A stretch of DNA of 64,000 nt from Macrostomum lignano. Taxonomy: Eukaryota. Each line of letters starts with the position of its first letter. Within the stretch, counting starts at the first letter, position 1. The notes beneath the pieces are model-generated. The model did not search any database and was not told the DNA's origin. It saw only the letters and a program-made list of their open reading frames with translations. The position numbers and the translations under genes were made by a program. Positions 10,787-22,138 of this stretch are shown here, one piece after another. Location: contig NIVC01002796.1 in assembly GCA_002269645.1 (NCBI GenBank), positions 1-64,000 on the forward strand, given 5' to 3'.

Positions 10787-13005
10787 ATGCTACAACGAAG
10801 CCAGCTTACTGAGCTGGCAGCCCTGTGGGCTGTGTGCGCCATCATCCTGTCGGCAGGCAGGCTGACAGACGGGCAGGTCCTCAGCTCCGCGGTGCTGTGC
10901 AAGGCGGACCGATGCTACAACATCAGCATTCTGGGTGACGATGCCTATGTGGGCACCTACTGCTCGAGCTTCGGGATGCAGAATTTGGATCAGCCATCGT
11001 TTGAACTGTTCTACGATAATTTTACAACATTGACCAGGTGAGTACAAACGACGCTGGGAAACGAAAAGTCACGAAGTCAGTTTAGAGCAGAGAAGTTGGG
11101 AAAGTCCACCAGAGAAGAGTGTCTCGCCCTAAAGGACTACGAAAATATTTGTTGCTTGCACCATGCTCAAACAATATACACAACACATAGACAAGTGAAA
11201 ATTATTGCTAAAAACACCATATTAAATTAATCGATTTGGTCGACTAACTCAAGAAATGATTTCCCTTCGATTGCTGCTCGAGTTGTTCGTGCGTTTACGA
11301 CGCAATTTGGTTTCGAACTGCATCTTAAATAAAAAACTCACCTTTTGCCTTGGACTCTGATCGATGTTCGATATCAGACATCACTTGCCCACTTACCGTT
11401 ACACTAAATTTCTAAGATCTATCTGCTTGTTTGTAGATATTTAACGTTTGCCCAATTTTGATTGCGTTTTTGCCAAAACATTTGTCTCCTACGAGCTAAT
11501 TAACTGTCTGGAAAGACGTTAGTTAAATTAACCCATGCTGCACACTCACACACAAAAGTTTAAAAAATAACTTCTCAGCTCATCGACATAGTTTTTATTA
11601 CTCCATCCGCAGCGGCATCAGCGCGTCAAGGTACTGGATCGGAGCCAGTATGGCCGCCCGCACCAGCCCGGCAGACAGGGTGTTCGCCTGGCGCAGCCAG
11701 ACCAGCCAGCTGTACGTCTCCAGCACCGACGTGAGCCCGTCGAGCGAAGTCTTCACCAGCACAGAGGCCAACCCAACAGTGGGTGTGATCACGGACACCA
11801 CAGTCAACGTGACTAATTGGAACTCTAGAGAAATAAATGACGATGGCTACGCCATCTGCATGTGCGTGTGTCCGATATCCAACCTGACCTGCTGCCCAGC
11901 ACCGGCTTCTGGCTACACCTGCGCCAACTCGAGCGACGGCCGCTCCTTTTGCTTTCGACGTGGCGGCTATTCTATGAAGTTCTGGGAGGCGCCGACCATG
12001 TGCAGCCTGGCCAGCGGAGAGACGCTGATTGATCTGACTGAGACCGCTGCTCGATCAGCTTTCAGTTCGTGAGTTGTCCTGACTGTCTGAATCTGATTTA
12101 ACACTCGGATAAGTGCCGATATTGAATATTTCCTCATTTATTGATATTCCAGCGTGTTCAACTCCATCAAAAGCGGATGTTCTGACGGTTGCCTGATGGC
12201 ATACGAAGAACCACCGTACAGGTTGAACAACACCCATGGACCGAAGTTACGCGCGACAGGATTGCCTCTATATGACAAATATTTCAAGCAGAAAGTAACA
12301 TAGTCAAACTACGGAATCGTCATTGAGCACAGCACCAGAGAGTTGAAGGAGCAAGTCTTCTCTCCTCATTCGGCACAGTTTATCTGTTGCATTCCCCTAA
12401 GATATCTCGCGACTAGCACAACTACACCCACCACCACAACTACACCCACCAGCACAACTACACCCACCAGCACAACTACAACTACCAGCACAACTACACC
12501 CACCACCACAACTACACCCACCACCACAACTACACCCACCACCACAACTACACCCACCACCACAACTACACCCACCACCACAACTACACCCACCACCACG
12601 ACTACACCCACCACCACAACTACTTTAACTACCACAGCTACTTCAACTACTACAGCTACTCCAACTACTACAGCTACTCCAACTACTACAGCTACTCCAA
12701 CTACCACAGCTACTCCAACTACCACAGCTACTCCAACTACCACAGCTACTCCAACTACCACAACTACTCCAACTACCACAAGTACGCCGACCACCACGTC
12801 GCCAGCAGCAGCCTCTGAAACGACCCAGGCGCCCATCACCGCAGTTTCTCCCCTATCTGAGGAGCAACTCATCGCCATCAACACGCAGAACTATGAGAAT
12901 TCTAAGAAGCAGGCCATTTTCTATTTAGTTCCCTTGGCCTTCGTGGTCCTGGCTGCTCTGATAACTTACTACTTTGGCAGACTGGCGTTCCGAATGGGAC
13001 TTTGA
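10787..13005 (+). pseudogene. CTLD-CTLD-mucin-TM protein, copy 3, with in-frame TAG at 12301-12303 (pseudogene, secreted truncation, or splice-rescued)
   Basis: Exons 10787-11037, 11613-12068, 12153-13005, same phases as copies 1-2. TAG aligns with the Asp of copy 1 KQKTDDARYG; the frame downstream is otherwise open. Confidence 0.65.
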
Positions 13006-13588
13006 TTGCTTTGAGAGTCGGCTGCACTCACAATTTGGCCGGAAGATTTGGAAATTTCTGTTTAATGCATCGGCACCCAAGTCAAAATATTTGTGAAGGG
13101 GAAAGGAACAAAGTTGTTTTCATCCTAATTGATATAACAACTATAACGTCTGGATAATAAACAAATTAAACAAAAGTCTCTCAACGTCTAAATTATTCAC
13201 TTTCTAGAAGAGAATAATTCGCACGCGCAAAAAATCTTAATGACAGCAAGTAGTCCACTAGAAGTAGTATAACGTGCGTTTTACAAAGTACAACTTTTTG
13301 TCACTAAAAAACTTTGGTTACTCCGATTATAACTTTTTACTGCATATCAACAAAGTAAAAAAGGCTGCTTGGCTACCTGACCAGAGAATATCCGTGACTG
13401 CCGATGCACGACTTCTGATTTACGAGCTACTTTCATCGTTTCTTGCATAAATTTGACAAGATTTTCATTATTTTCTACTGGAATTGCACATGCGTGTACT
13501 ATGACCCAACGAAATCGGAATTGCTGCTCCATAAGAGATCCATATAGCCTAGAGCGGATTGTAAGTCGCTTTGCTCCGTCATTCAATC

Positions 13589-15203
13589 CAAGGACTACTC
13601 AAGGACTACTCAATGACTACTCAAGGACTGACTACTCAAGGACTGACTACTCAAGGACTGACTACTCAAGGACTGACTACTCAAGGACTGACTACTCAAG
13701 GACTGACTACTCAAGGACTACTCAAGGACTACTCAAGGACTGACTACTCAAGGACTGACTACTCAAGGACTACTCAAGGACTACTCAAGGACTACTCAAT
13801 GACTACTCAAGGACTACTCAAGGACTACTCAAGGACTACTCAATGACTACTCAAGGACTACTCAAGGACTACTCAATGACTACTCAAGGACTACTCAATG
13901 ACTACTCAAGGACTGACTACTCAAGGACTGACTACTCAAGGACTACTCAAGGACTACTCAAGGACTACTCAAGGACTACTCAATGACTACTCAAGAACTA
14001 CTCAAGGACTACTCAATGACTACTCAAGGACTACTCAATGAATACTCAAGGACTACTCAAGGACTACTCAATGACTACTCAAGGACTACTCAATGACTAC
14101 TCAGGGACTGACTACTCAAGGACTGACTACTCAAGGACTGACTACTCAAGGAATACTCAAGGACTACTCAAGGACTACTCCTCAAGAACTACTCAAGGAC
14201 TACTCAATGACTACTCAAGGACTACTCAATGAATACTCAAGGACTACTCAAGGACTACTCAATGACTACTCAAGGACTACTCAAGGACTACTCAAGGACT
14301 GACTACTCAAGGACTGACTACTCAAGGACTACTCAAGGACTACTCAATGACTACTCAATGACTACTCAAGGACTACTCAAGGACTGACTACTCAAGGACT
14401 GACTACTCAAGGACTGACTACTCAAGGACTGACTACTCAAGGACTACTCAAGGACTGACTACTCAAGGACTGACTACTCAAGGACTACTCAAGGACTACT
14501 CAAGGACTACTCAAGGACTACTCAAGGACTACTCAAGGACTACTCAAGGACTACTCAATGACTACTCAATGACTACTCAATGACTACTCAATGACTACTC
14601 AAGGACTGACTACTCAAGGACTACTCAAGGACTACTCAAGGACTACTCAAGGACTACTCAATGACTACTCAATGACTACTCAATGACTACTCAAGGACTG
14701 ACTACTCAAGGACTACTCAAGGACTACTCAAGGACTACTCAAGGACTACTCAAGGACTACTCAAGGACTACTCAAGGACTACTCAAGGACTACTCAAGGA
14801 CTACTCAAGGACTACTCAAGGACTACTCAAGGACTACTCAAGGACTACTCAAGGACTACTCAAGGACTACTCAAGGACTACTCAAGGACTACTCAATGAC
14901 TACTCAATGACTACTCAAGGACTGACTACTCAAGGACTACTCAAGGACTACTCAAGGACTACTCAAGGACTACTCAATGACTACTCAATGACTACTCAAG
15001 GACTGACTACTCAAGGACTACTCAAGGACTACTCAAGGACTACTCAAGGACTACTCAAGGACTACTCAAGGACTACTCAAGGACTACTCAAGGACTACTC
15101 AAGGACTACTCAATGACTACTCAATGACTACTCAAGGACTGACTACTCAAGGACTACTCAAGGACTACTCAAGGACTACTCAAGGAATACTCAAGGACTA
15201 CTC
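13589..15203. repeat. 1.6-kb satellite of 11-bp CAAGGACTACT with CAATGACTACT and 15-bp GACT-insertion variants
   Basis: Direct reading; the array runs into the left arm of the inverted repeat at 15192. Confidence 0.95.
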
Positions 15204-15706
15204 GAGTAGATGGACGGGAAACACGTTTTTGGGAAATTTTAAAAGGCAGGTTTTACTGAAGTAGTACATTGCGTAGATGGGAGGTTTTCATTTTTTCAGC
15301 ATAATTGGGTCTTTTAACGGCTAGGAAGACCCAATGTTCACATTTTGATGTGTCTTTATGTTCATGCTATATCCTACGTACATGTCCTGTATCTAACAAT
15401 CATAAAAAATGACACGGCTCCGTTGGTTTTAAAAATATCGATTTTTTCATCATGTTAAAAACTTTGTTGCTCAGTCATTCAGCTAAGAATGATAAAATAC
15501 TCGTAGATTCATAAAGCCAATGAGTCGATTTGTGCCATTTTTAAATGATTTTTTAGGCGCAGTGCATATAATATTGTACGGAGAATATAAAATTTACATA
15601 GAATTATAATTTTTGAACAAAAATCTTTATGAGTATCAACAGAGCTATAAGAACTAAAATTTTCCAAGAAACGAAGTTTCCTGTCCTTCTACTTGAGTAG
15701 TCCTTG
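15192..15706. mobile_element. MITE-like element with ~50-bp imperfect terminal inverted repeats and an AT-rich interior
   Basis: 15192-15240 CAAGGACTACTCGAGTAGATGGACGGGAAACACGTTTTTGGGAAATTTT versus the reverse complement of 15656-15706 CAAGGACTACTCAAGTAGAAGGACAGGAAACTTCGTTTCTTGGAAAATTTT (roughly 80% identical by eye). No clear TSD. Confidence 0.6.
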
Positions 15707-15708
15707 AC

Positions 15709-18700
15709 TTAATCGTCCCTGCCGCCGGTGCCTCGCAGCTCCTCAATCCTGGCGCCCTCCAGTGCAGCGCGCAGCTCCTCCAGTCGGGTGAGCAGTGCGA
15801 AGCCCTCCTGGCTGAACTCATCCTCCTCCAGCTGCCAGCGGGTGCAGCTCAGCCGGTTGCGCAGTTTTCTCAGTGTGACCGACTGGTAGTACAGGTAGAA
15901 CAGGTGCACAAAGTTCCTGGTATTCTGCGCCAGCACGTCTAGCATTGTGCGGCGTCGAGGCGCCAGACCGATGAGGCGCCGTAGCAGAGAGACCAGCAGC
16001 CAGGCCGCCAGGTTGCGGCCCTCCAACAGCAGGTTGAGCGGTGCCGGCAGCGGGGAGCGCTTGGTGAACTCCCGGCTGAGGTCGTAGCGCTCAAATAGCC
16101 AGAGCGACTTGGACTCGGAGTCGACCATATCGACGGTCTTGCTGAACATGGCCACGATGACGTTCAGGAGCAGCACCTGCACGATCACGATGTACGCTGC
16201 CATGAGACCGTACGGCACCAGCACATTGCCAGGGAAGCCGACGCACTTCTCTGCAATCATTGACTCCGTTGCCAGCTGGGTGGACACGTTGGCGCTTGTT
16301 GGAGCGTCGCACTCTTTCTTCAGGTCGTCCAGGCCGTACTCGCCTGCTCAGTAGCAATAAGTTCGAGACAGTAGCGATAGGTTGAGCATCATAAATTCAT
16401 AAGAGATAGCCCACTGAGGGGGGGGGGGTAGTGCGTCGGCTAAAGTACATTGGTTCGATTCAGCGCGTGACCGCATTAATTTGGGGCTCAATGTACGTAC
16501 ACTTGGTGAGTCACGATGAGAAATTCAAGTGCCGCTGTGCTCCCTGTGTGAGCGTGTGTATGAGTTTATGAGTCTGCTTTTAGTTATTCATGCTTATATA
16601 CTTGTAAATTGTCTCTTGACGTGCTAGGGGGCTGTAGCCTAGTGGTCAGAGCGTCGGACTCACGACTTGAAGGTCGGGGGTTCGATTCTCAACTCACTCG
16701 GAATAATTTATATCCATGAGCAAGACACTTAACTCTGCATTGCTTCAGTTCACCCAGCTGTAAAATGGGTGCCAGCATTAGCTGGGGTAATTGAGGGTGT
16801 GTGTGGCGACCCCCCAGTCCTTGGACTGAACAGCCGTACGCAGCCTTCAGATGCGCCGCGCAATAGCTGCGGCTGAGCTGTCGGTTGCGCATCTCTTTCA
16901 TCTGATTTACTCACCAACAATAGTATAAAAGGTCCTGTGAAACATTTCCACAAGAATCTCCGCTGTTGGAATCTCGTTGATGCGGCCCTGGCTGTAGAAC
17001 TTTGCATTTGGCCACAGGAGGGCGTGGAAAGTGGTTCCGAATCCCACCATGATCACCACAAGGATGTACAGAAACGGGATGAAGTCCTTTCTGACGATGA
17101 GAGACAGCATCTTCAGCTTGACGCCGACAGACTCGAGCACCACTGAGATGTAGAGGATGCGAATCCAGAAGATCAGCGTGGTGATGACTATCAGTACGTA
17201 GCTGACGTCGCCCCAGCCTTTGCCGTGCTCGCTGAGCATGCCGCCGAGCACCAGCAGATGTTGCGAATCCATCTGTCTGGCTGCAAAGGCCAGGAAGCCG
17301 CAGAGGATTGCAACCAGGTCCATGGCATTCCAGCCGTCAGTCAGGTAGACCGCCAGTGTCTCCTGGCGCCAAGCGGAGACCACCTCGCGCAGCTCCTCGA
17401 CTAGAACGCCAAGCAGGGTCAGGTAGCAGAACACCTCTGTGGGGCTGGCGTCTCCCTGAAAATGAAAAAGGGCACTCCGCGTTGTAAGGGTTGGGAGACT
17501 GCCGATTAGCGCCAGTGATCTTTAATCTCTTCCTGTTTAAACTTTAGATCCTCCAAATTAATTAGTAAATATTTTGTATCCTTCGATTGACTGCATTTTT
17601 TGGACAGGGGTCTAAAGTCGGAGCTGGAGCTGAATTAACCTCGTATTTCAAAGCACAGCTTTGGCCACTTGCTCCGCCCTCCATTGTGTCCTCTCGCACT
17701 TTTTTATATTTTCTCCTCTCTGCTCTCCTCTCTCTTCTCTCTCCCCCATCTCCTCTCTGCTCTCTCTTCTCTCTCCCCCCATCTCCTCTCTGCTCTCTCT
17801 TCTCTCTCTCCCCCATCTCCTCTCTGCTCTCTCTTCTCTCTCCCCCATCTCCTCTCTGCTCTCTCTTCTCTCTCTCCCCCATCTCCTCTCTGCTCTCTCT
17901 TCTCTCTCTCTCCCATCTCCTCTCTGCTCTTCTCTCTCTCCCCGATCTTCTCTCTGCTCTCTCTTCTCTCTCTCCCCCATCTCCTCTCTGCTCTCTCTTC
18001 TCTCTCCCCCATCTCCTCTCTGCTCTCTCTTCTCTCTCCCCCATCTCCTCTCTGCTCTCTCTTCTCTCTCTCCCCCATCTCCTCTCTGCTCTCTCTTCTC
18101 TCTCTCCCCCATCTTCTCTCTGCTCTCTCTTCTCTCTCTCCCCCATCTCCTCTCTGCTCTCTCTTCTCTCTCCCCCATCTCCTCTCTGCTCTCTCTTCTC
18201 TCTCCCCCCTTCTTCTCTCTGCTCTCTCTTCTCTCTCCCCCATCTCCTCTCTGCTCTCTCTTCTCTCTCTCCCCCATCTCCTCTCTGCTCTCTCTTCTCT
18301 CTCTCCCCCATCTCCTCTCTGCTCTTCTCTCTCCCCCATCTCCTCTCTGCTCTCTCTTCTCTCTCTCCCCCATCTCCTCTCTGAACTTCTCTCTCTCCCC
18401 CATCTCCTCTCTGCTCTTCTCTCTCCCCCATCTCCTCTCTGAACTTCTCTCTCTCCCCCATCTCCTCTCTGCTCTTCTCTCTCCCCCATCTCCTCTCTGC
18501 TCTCTCTTCTCTCTCCCCCCATCTCCTCTCTGCTCTCTCTTCTCTCTCTCTCCCATCTCCTCTCTGCTCTTCTCTCTCTCCCCGATCTTCTCTCTGCTCT
18601 CTCTTCTCTCTCTCCCCCATCTCCTCTCTGCTCTCTCTTCTCTCTCTCCCCCATCTCCTCTCTGCTCTTCTCTCTCTCCCCCATCTCCTCTCTGCTCTCT

Positions 18701-21700
18701 CTTCTCTCCCCCCATCTCCTCTCTGCTCTCTCTTCTCTCTCTCTCCCATCTCCTCTCTGCTCTTCTCTCTCCCCCCATCTCCTCTCTGCTCTCTCTTCTC
18801 TCTCTCCCCCATCTCCTCTCTGCTCTTCTCTCTCTCCCCGATCTTCTCTCTGCTCTCTCTTCTCTCTCTCCCCCATCTCCTCTCTGCTCTTCTCTCTCTC
18901 CCCCATCTTCTCTCTGCTCTTCTCTCTCTCCCCCATCTTCTCTCTGCTCTCTCTTCTCTCTCTCCCCATCTCCTCTCTGCTCTTCTCTCTCTCCCCCATC
19001 TTCTCTCTGCTCTCTCTTCTCTCTCTCTCCCATCTCCTCTCTGCTCTTCTCTCTCTCCCCCATCTCCTCTCTGCTCTTCTCTCTCTCCCCCATCTCCTCT
19101 CTGCTCTTCTCTCTCTTCTCTCTCTCCCCCATCTCCTCTCTGCTCTGCTCTCTCTTCTCTCTCCCCCCACCTCTTCACTAATATTTTATCATCTCTCCTC
19201 GCTCCTCCCTTTCCCATCTCCTTTTTTCTGTCTCCTTCCTCTTATCTTTTGTTCGTCTTCCTTTCTTCCCTCCTCGTCTGCAGTACCAAATCTATAGAAT
19301 TAACCATTTTTTATTAGAGGCAGGGTAGCTGTGTACTGGCGCACCCTGGCGCACTTTAAGTGGCATTGTCACACAACCGGCGAGAGGCATTGCTGTGTAG
19401 CAGTTCTTTGTAGCAGCTTGGTTATCCATTTATCGTTGTACTTTTTCTCTTCGTTGTTTACCCCTTCTGTGGACCTCAACCACAGACAATGAAAGTTAAA
19501 CAATACTGTACGCTGCGTATTAAGTTACACCTCTAAGATTTATCAAGACAAAAAGTATACTCGCCCCTGAGCACAGTGAGCAGGCACACAAGCGCGCGGA
19601 TACGTACGCAGTCATACGCACAGGCACACACTCACACAGGAGTGTACAGCGCTCCCAGCGTTATTTATCGTTAGGCATGTACACTTTACTGTGCATTGGG
19701 GGTCGGCCCTCAAGACAGGCCGAGATTCCAATTTAGCCCCCAAATGAATATGACTGCACTTGGAATCGAGCCTGGGCCGCTGGAACATGGGAGCGCCGCG
19801 CTAGACTGCTGGACTGCGGCCCCTCCAATTAAATCAATTAAAATGTCCTGCAGCAATGAACTGGATATCCATCTGGCCCTGAAGGTATAAAAGATTGCCG
19901 ATCCATGATTCTGGACGAGAAACAGTGCTGATTTCCCACTTCCCAGTTTCATTCCTCATCGATTGCTCCCTTCCCAGAGCCGCTGGTCACCTGAAAGTCG
20001 TGCAGTATCACGTAGGACAGCAGGCCGATGAACACAAACGAGGCCGCCGCGTGCAAGCGAAACTTGACGCACGGCGTGTTGTAAAACAGCGCCAGCTCGC
20101 TGCCGAACTCGCTCGCTCGCTGCCACAGGCGGCGACTGCGCGCTTCCAGTTCAGAGTCCTGTCGTCGGCGTCGGCGTCTGGCCACCTGGAAATCCGAGGC
20201 GAGCAGACGGAACGTCTCCGGACAGTTGCCCGGATGTTCGGTTGGTCCGGAATCGTTGAGCACCGAGTCGAGGAAGGCGCGCGTGCCAGGACCGCGGAAC
20301 CGGCGCAGCAGGCCGGGCAGGAAGAGCAGCAGCGGTGGAACGAACCCGGCCGCAATCACCAGCTCGCGCAGGGCAGGCTTGCGGAAGTTGAAAAAGTCCC
20401 CATACCAGTTCTTCTCCGTTGCCAGTTCAACAATGTCCAGCTTGATGAAACTGCCCGCCCCGCCTCGAGCAGACAGGTCAAGAATCGTGTAGTTAGCGTA
20501 GTTGGGCAGAGGCATACTCACGTAGCTGATGGTGAGGCAGTTGCCGGGTGAATCGTCAACCTCCTTCACCTGCTTGATCACTTTGACGGCCATCGCCTCG
20601 CAGATGTCGGCGATGCGACCGGCCCGGTCAGCGAACACGTCCTCGATGTCGCGTCGACGTGCCAGTGAGCGGAGCAGCGTTGCGGCGAGCAAGGCTAGCG
20701 GCACCAGGTCGAACTCCTCCTGCTGCAGCAAGATCGGCACCAGGCCCGGCCGGCCGCTCAGGATCGCCCACAGCACCAGCGACTGGGCGGGGTCTCGGAG
20801 CGGCCGCTTCTGGCACCAGTCGTCGCCGCCGCGTCGCTCTCCAAAGTCGAACACCATCTGGCGGCTGGCGAACTGCCAGTAAGTGGTGAGCTCGGCCAGC
20901 AGCTTGTTGAGCCTTGCAAACGAGATCGAAGTGCCGCCGTCGATGCAGCACCGCTGCTGGAGCAGCTCGCGCACGCCTGCCTTCTGCTTGCGCAACGTCT
21001 TGGCATACAATTTGTCGATGGCAACCTCCAGTTGGCGGGAGAGCGCTCTCCAGAGGTGCCGATGTTCAACCAGCCGCTTCAGCAGGCGCGTGTTCTCGGC
21101 AAACAGCACCAGCTGGCACAGCTGCCAGGTGATCCGACTCAGCAGGCCGCTGGACTCGAGGCTGCAGCTCAATCCGGCCTGGAAGGCGGCGATCAGAGCA
21201 TCAATGAGCTGCTTGGCGTCCACGGTGCGACGGGAGGCAGCCAGCTCAAGCCTGGACAGCTGCCATTGCCGCTGCTTCACCGCCTCTTCATCTTCTTCGG
21301 CTTCCAAGCCCTCCGGGTCCAAGTCCTTTGCTTCAGCTCTCTTTGACTGTCCATCAATGTCGCTGTCAATGAGCAGCAACTGGCGCACGAACTCGCGACC
21401 TTCAAAAGAGGCGAACACCCCGATTATGTCCTGGCCGTTATTGAACTGTCGAAGGCGGCGCATCAGGTGCCTGCCGAGGCAGTCGATGCCGGATGTGTCC
21501 GGGCCCTGCAGCAGCAAATCGACCGGCGTCTGGCCGCGACTATCAGCCAGAGAGAAGTCGGCACCGTGACAGAGCAGCTGGCCAAGCAGCTCATGATTCT
21601 CACACGAGGCGGCAATATGCAGGCCAGTGCTGCCGCTGCTATTCCGACTGTTGACAATGGAAGGCTTTGCCCGCAACAGGAGGTCGGCGATGCGGCCACA

Positions 21701-22138
21701 CTCGGCGTAGCAGGCCACGTGCAGCGCGTTGTCGCCGATGGCGTCGAGCTGAGTCGGATCGGCGCCGCACCGGAGCAGCTCGCGGGCGACGCCTTTGCTG
21801 CGCTCGCCCGCCGCTGCAGCCAGGTGGAGCGGCCGGTCGCCTGCCGAGTTTGGCCGGTCCGCATTGGCGCCGAACGTCAGCAGCAGCTCGGCGCACTCGG
21901 TCAGACCGGCAGCGGCGCACGCGTGCAGCGCCGAGTCTCCGCGGTCATCTGGCGCTTCAATGGCGCCAGCGCCGGCAATGTCAACCAACTGCAGCAGCAC
22001 TTGGCGCAGCTTGTCGGGCTGGTTGTCTCGCACAGCGTCGTGCAGCTGCGCCGCCAGCTCGCCGCTGGGGTCGCTCGCGGCGGCCTCTTGGGAGCCGGCG
22101 GCGTTACTGGAGTCTCCAGACGGTGGCGACTCAGACAT
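15709..22138 (-). CDS. TRP cation channel with about 5 N-terminal ankyrin repeats and a TRPM-type MHR4/pre-S1/TM/TRP-box region (~1107 aa)
   Basis: Exons 22138-19991, 17455-16915, 16343-15709 total 3324 nt, in frame. Ankyrin motifs GDSALHACA, GDRPLHLAA, GDNALHVAC, GSTGLHIAA, GQTPVDL. TRPM-like LWAILSGRP, FYNTPCVKF, DGWNAMD, LLLNVIVAMFSKT, LWLFERY, PLPAPLNLL. No SLOG or Nudix domain seen. Confidence 0.88.
16627..16894 (+). mobile_element. tRNA-derived CORE-type SINE, copy 1 (3'-truncated), in TRP intron 2
   Basis: A box TAGCCTAGTGG, B box GGTTCGATTC, central GAGCAAGACACTTAAC...CAGCTGTAAAATGGG resembling the MIR CORE; near-identical to 57486 and 62556. Confidence 0.85.
17711..19170. repeat. 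1.5-kb C/T-rich low-complexity minisatellite in TRP intron 1
   Basis: Units such as CCCCATCTCCTCTCTGCTCTCTCTTCTCTCT; source of several spurious ORFs. Confidence 0.95.
19567..19650 (-). repeat. Unclassified interspersed repeat with terminus ACACCCTGTGTGAGCGTGTG; other copies at 16542-16565 (+), 42898-42990 (+), 45383-45405 (-), 59738-59870 (+), 61700-61844 (-)
   Basis: Shared terminus and downstream GCGTGCCTG...GCGCGCTTG...GCTCAG(G) similarity among the longer copies. Confidence 0.7.
19694..19823 (-). mobile_element. Possible second tRNA-derived SINE fragment
   Basis: Minus strand GGGGCCGCAGTCCAGCAGTCTAG...GGCTCGATTCC resembles A/B boxes; TTGGGGGTCGG(C/T)CCT recurs near 36080. Confidence 0.35.

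Noticed and set aside
5481-12884. Val-rich antisense ORFs over the mucin exons
   Set aside because: Mirror of Thr codons.
16820-16894. Hammerhead or HDV ribozyme in the SINE tail
   Set aside because: No CTGANGA plus GAAA core on either strand and no HDV pseudoknot recognised; only generic hairpins.
17562-19217. Long Glu/Arg- and Leu/Ser-rich ORFs
   Set aside because: Products of the C/T minisatellite inside TRP intron 1, open in most frames.
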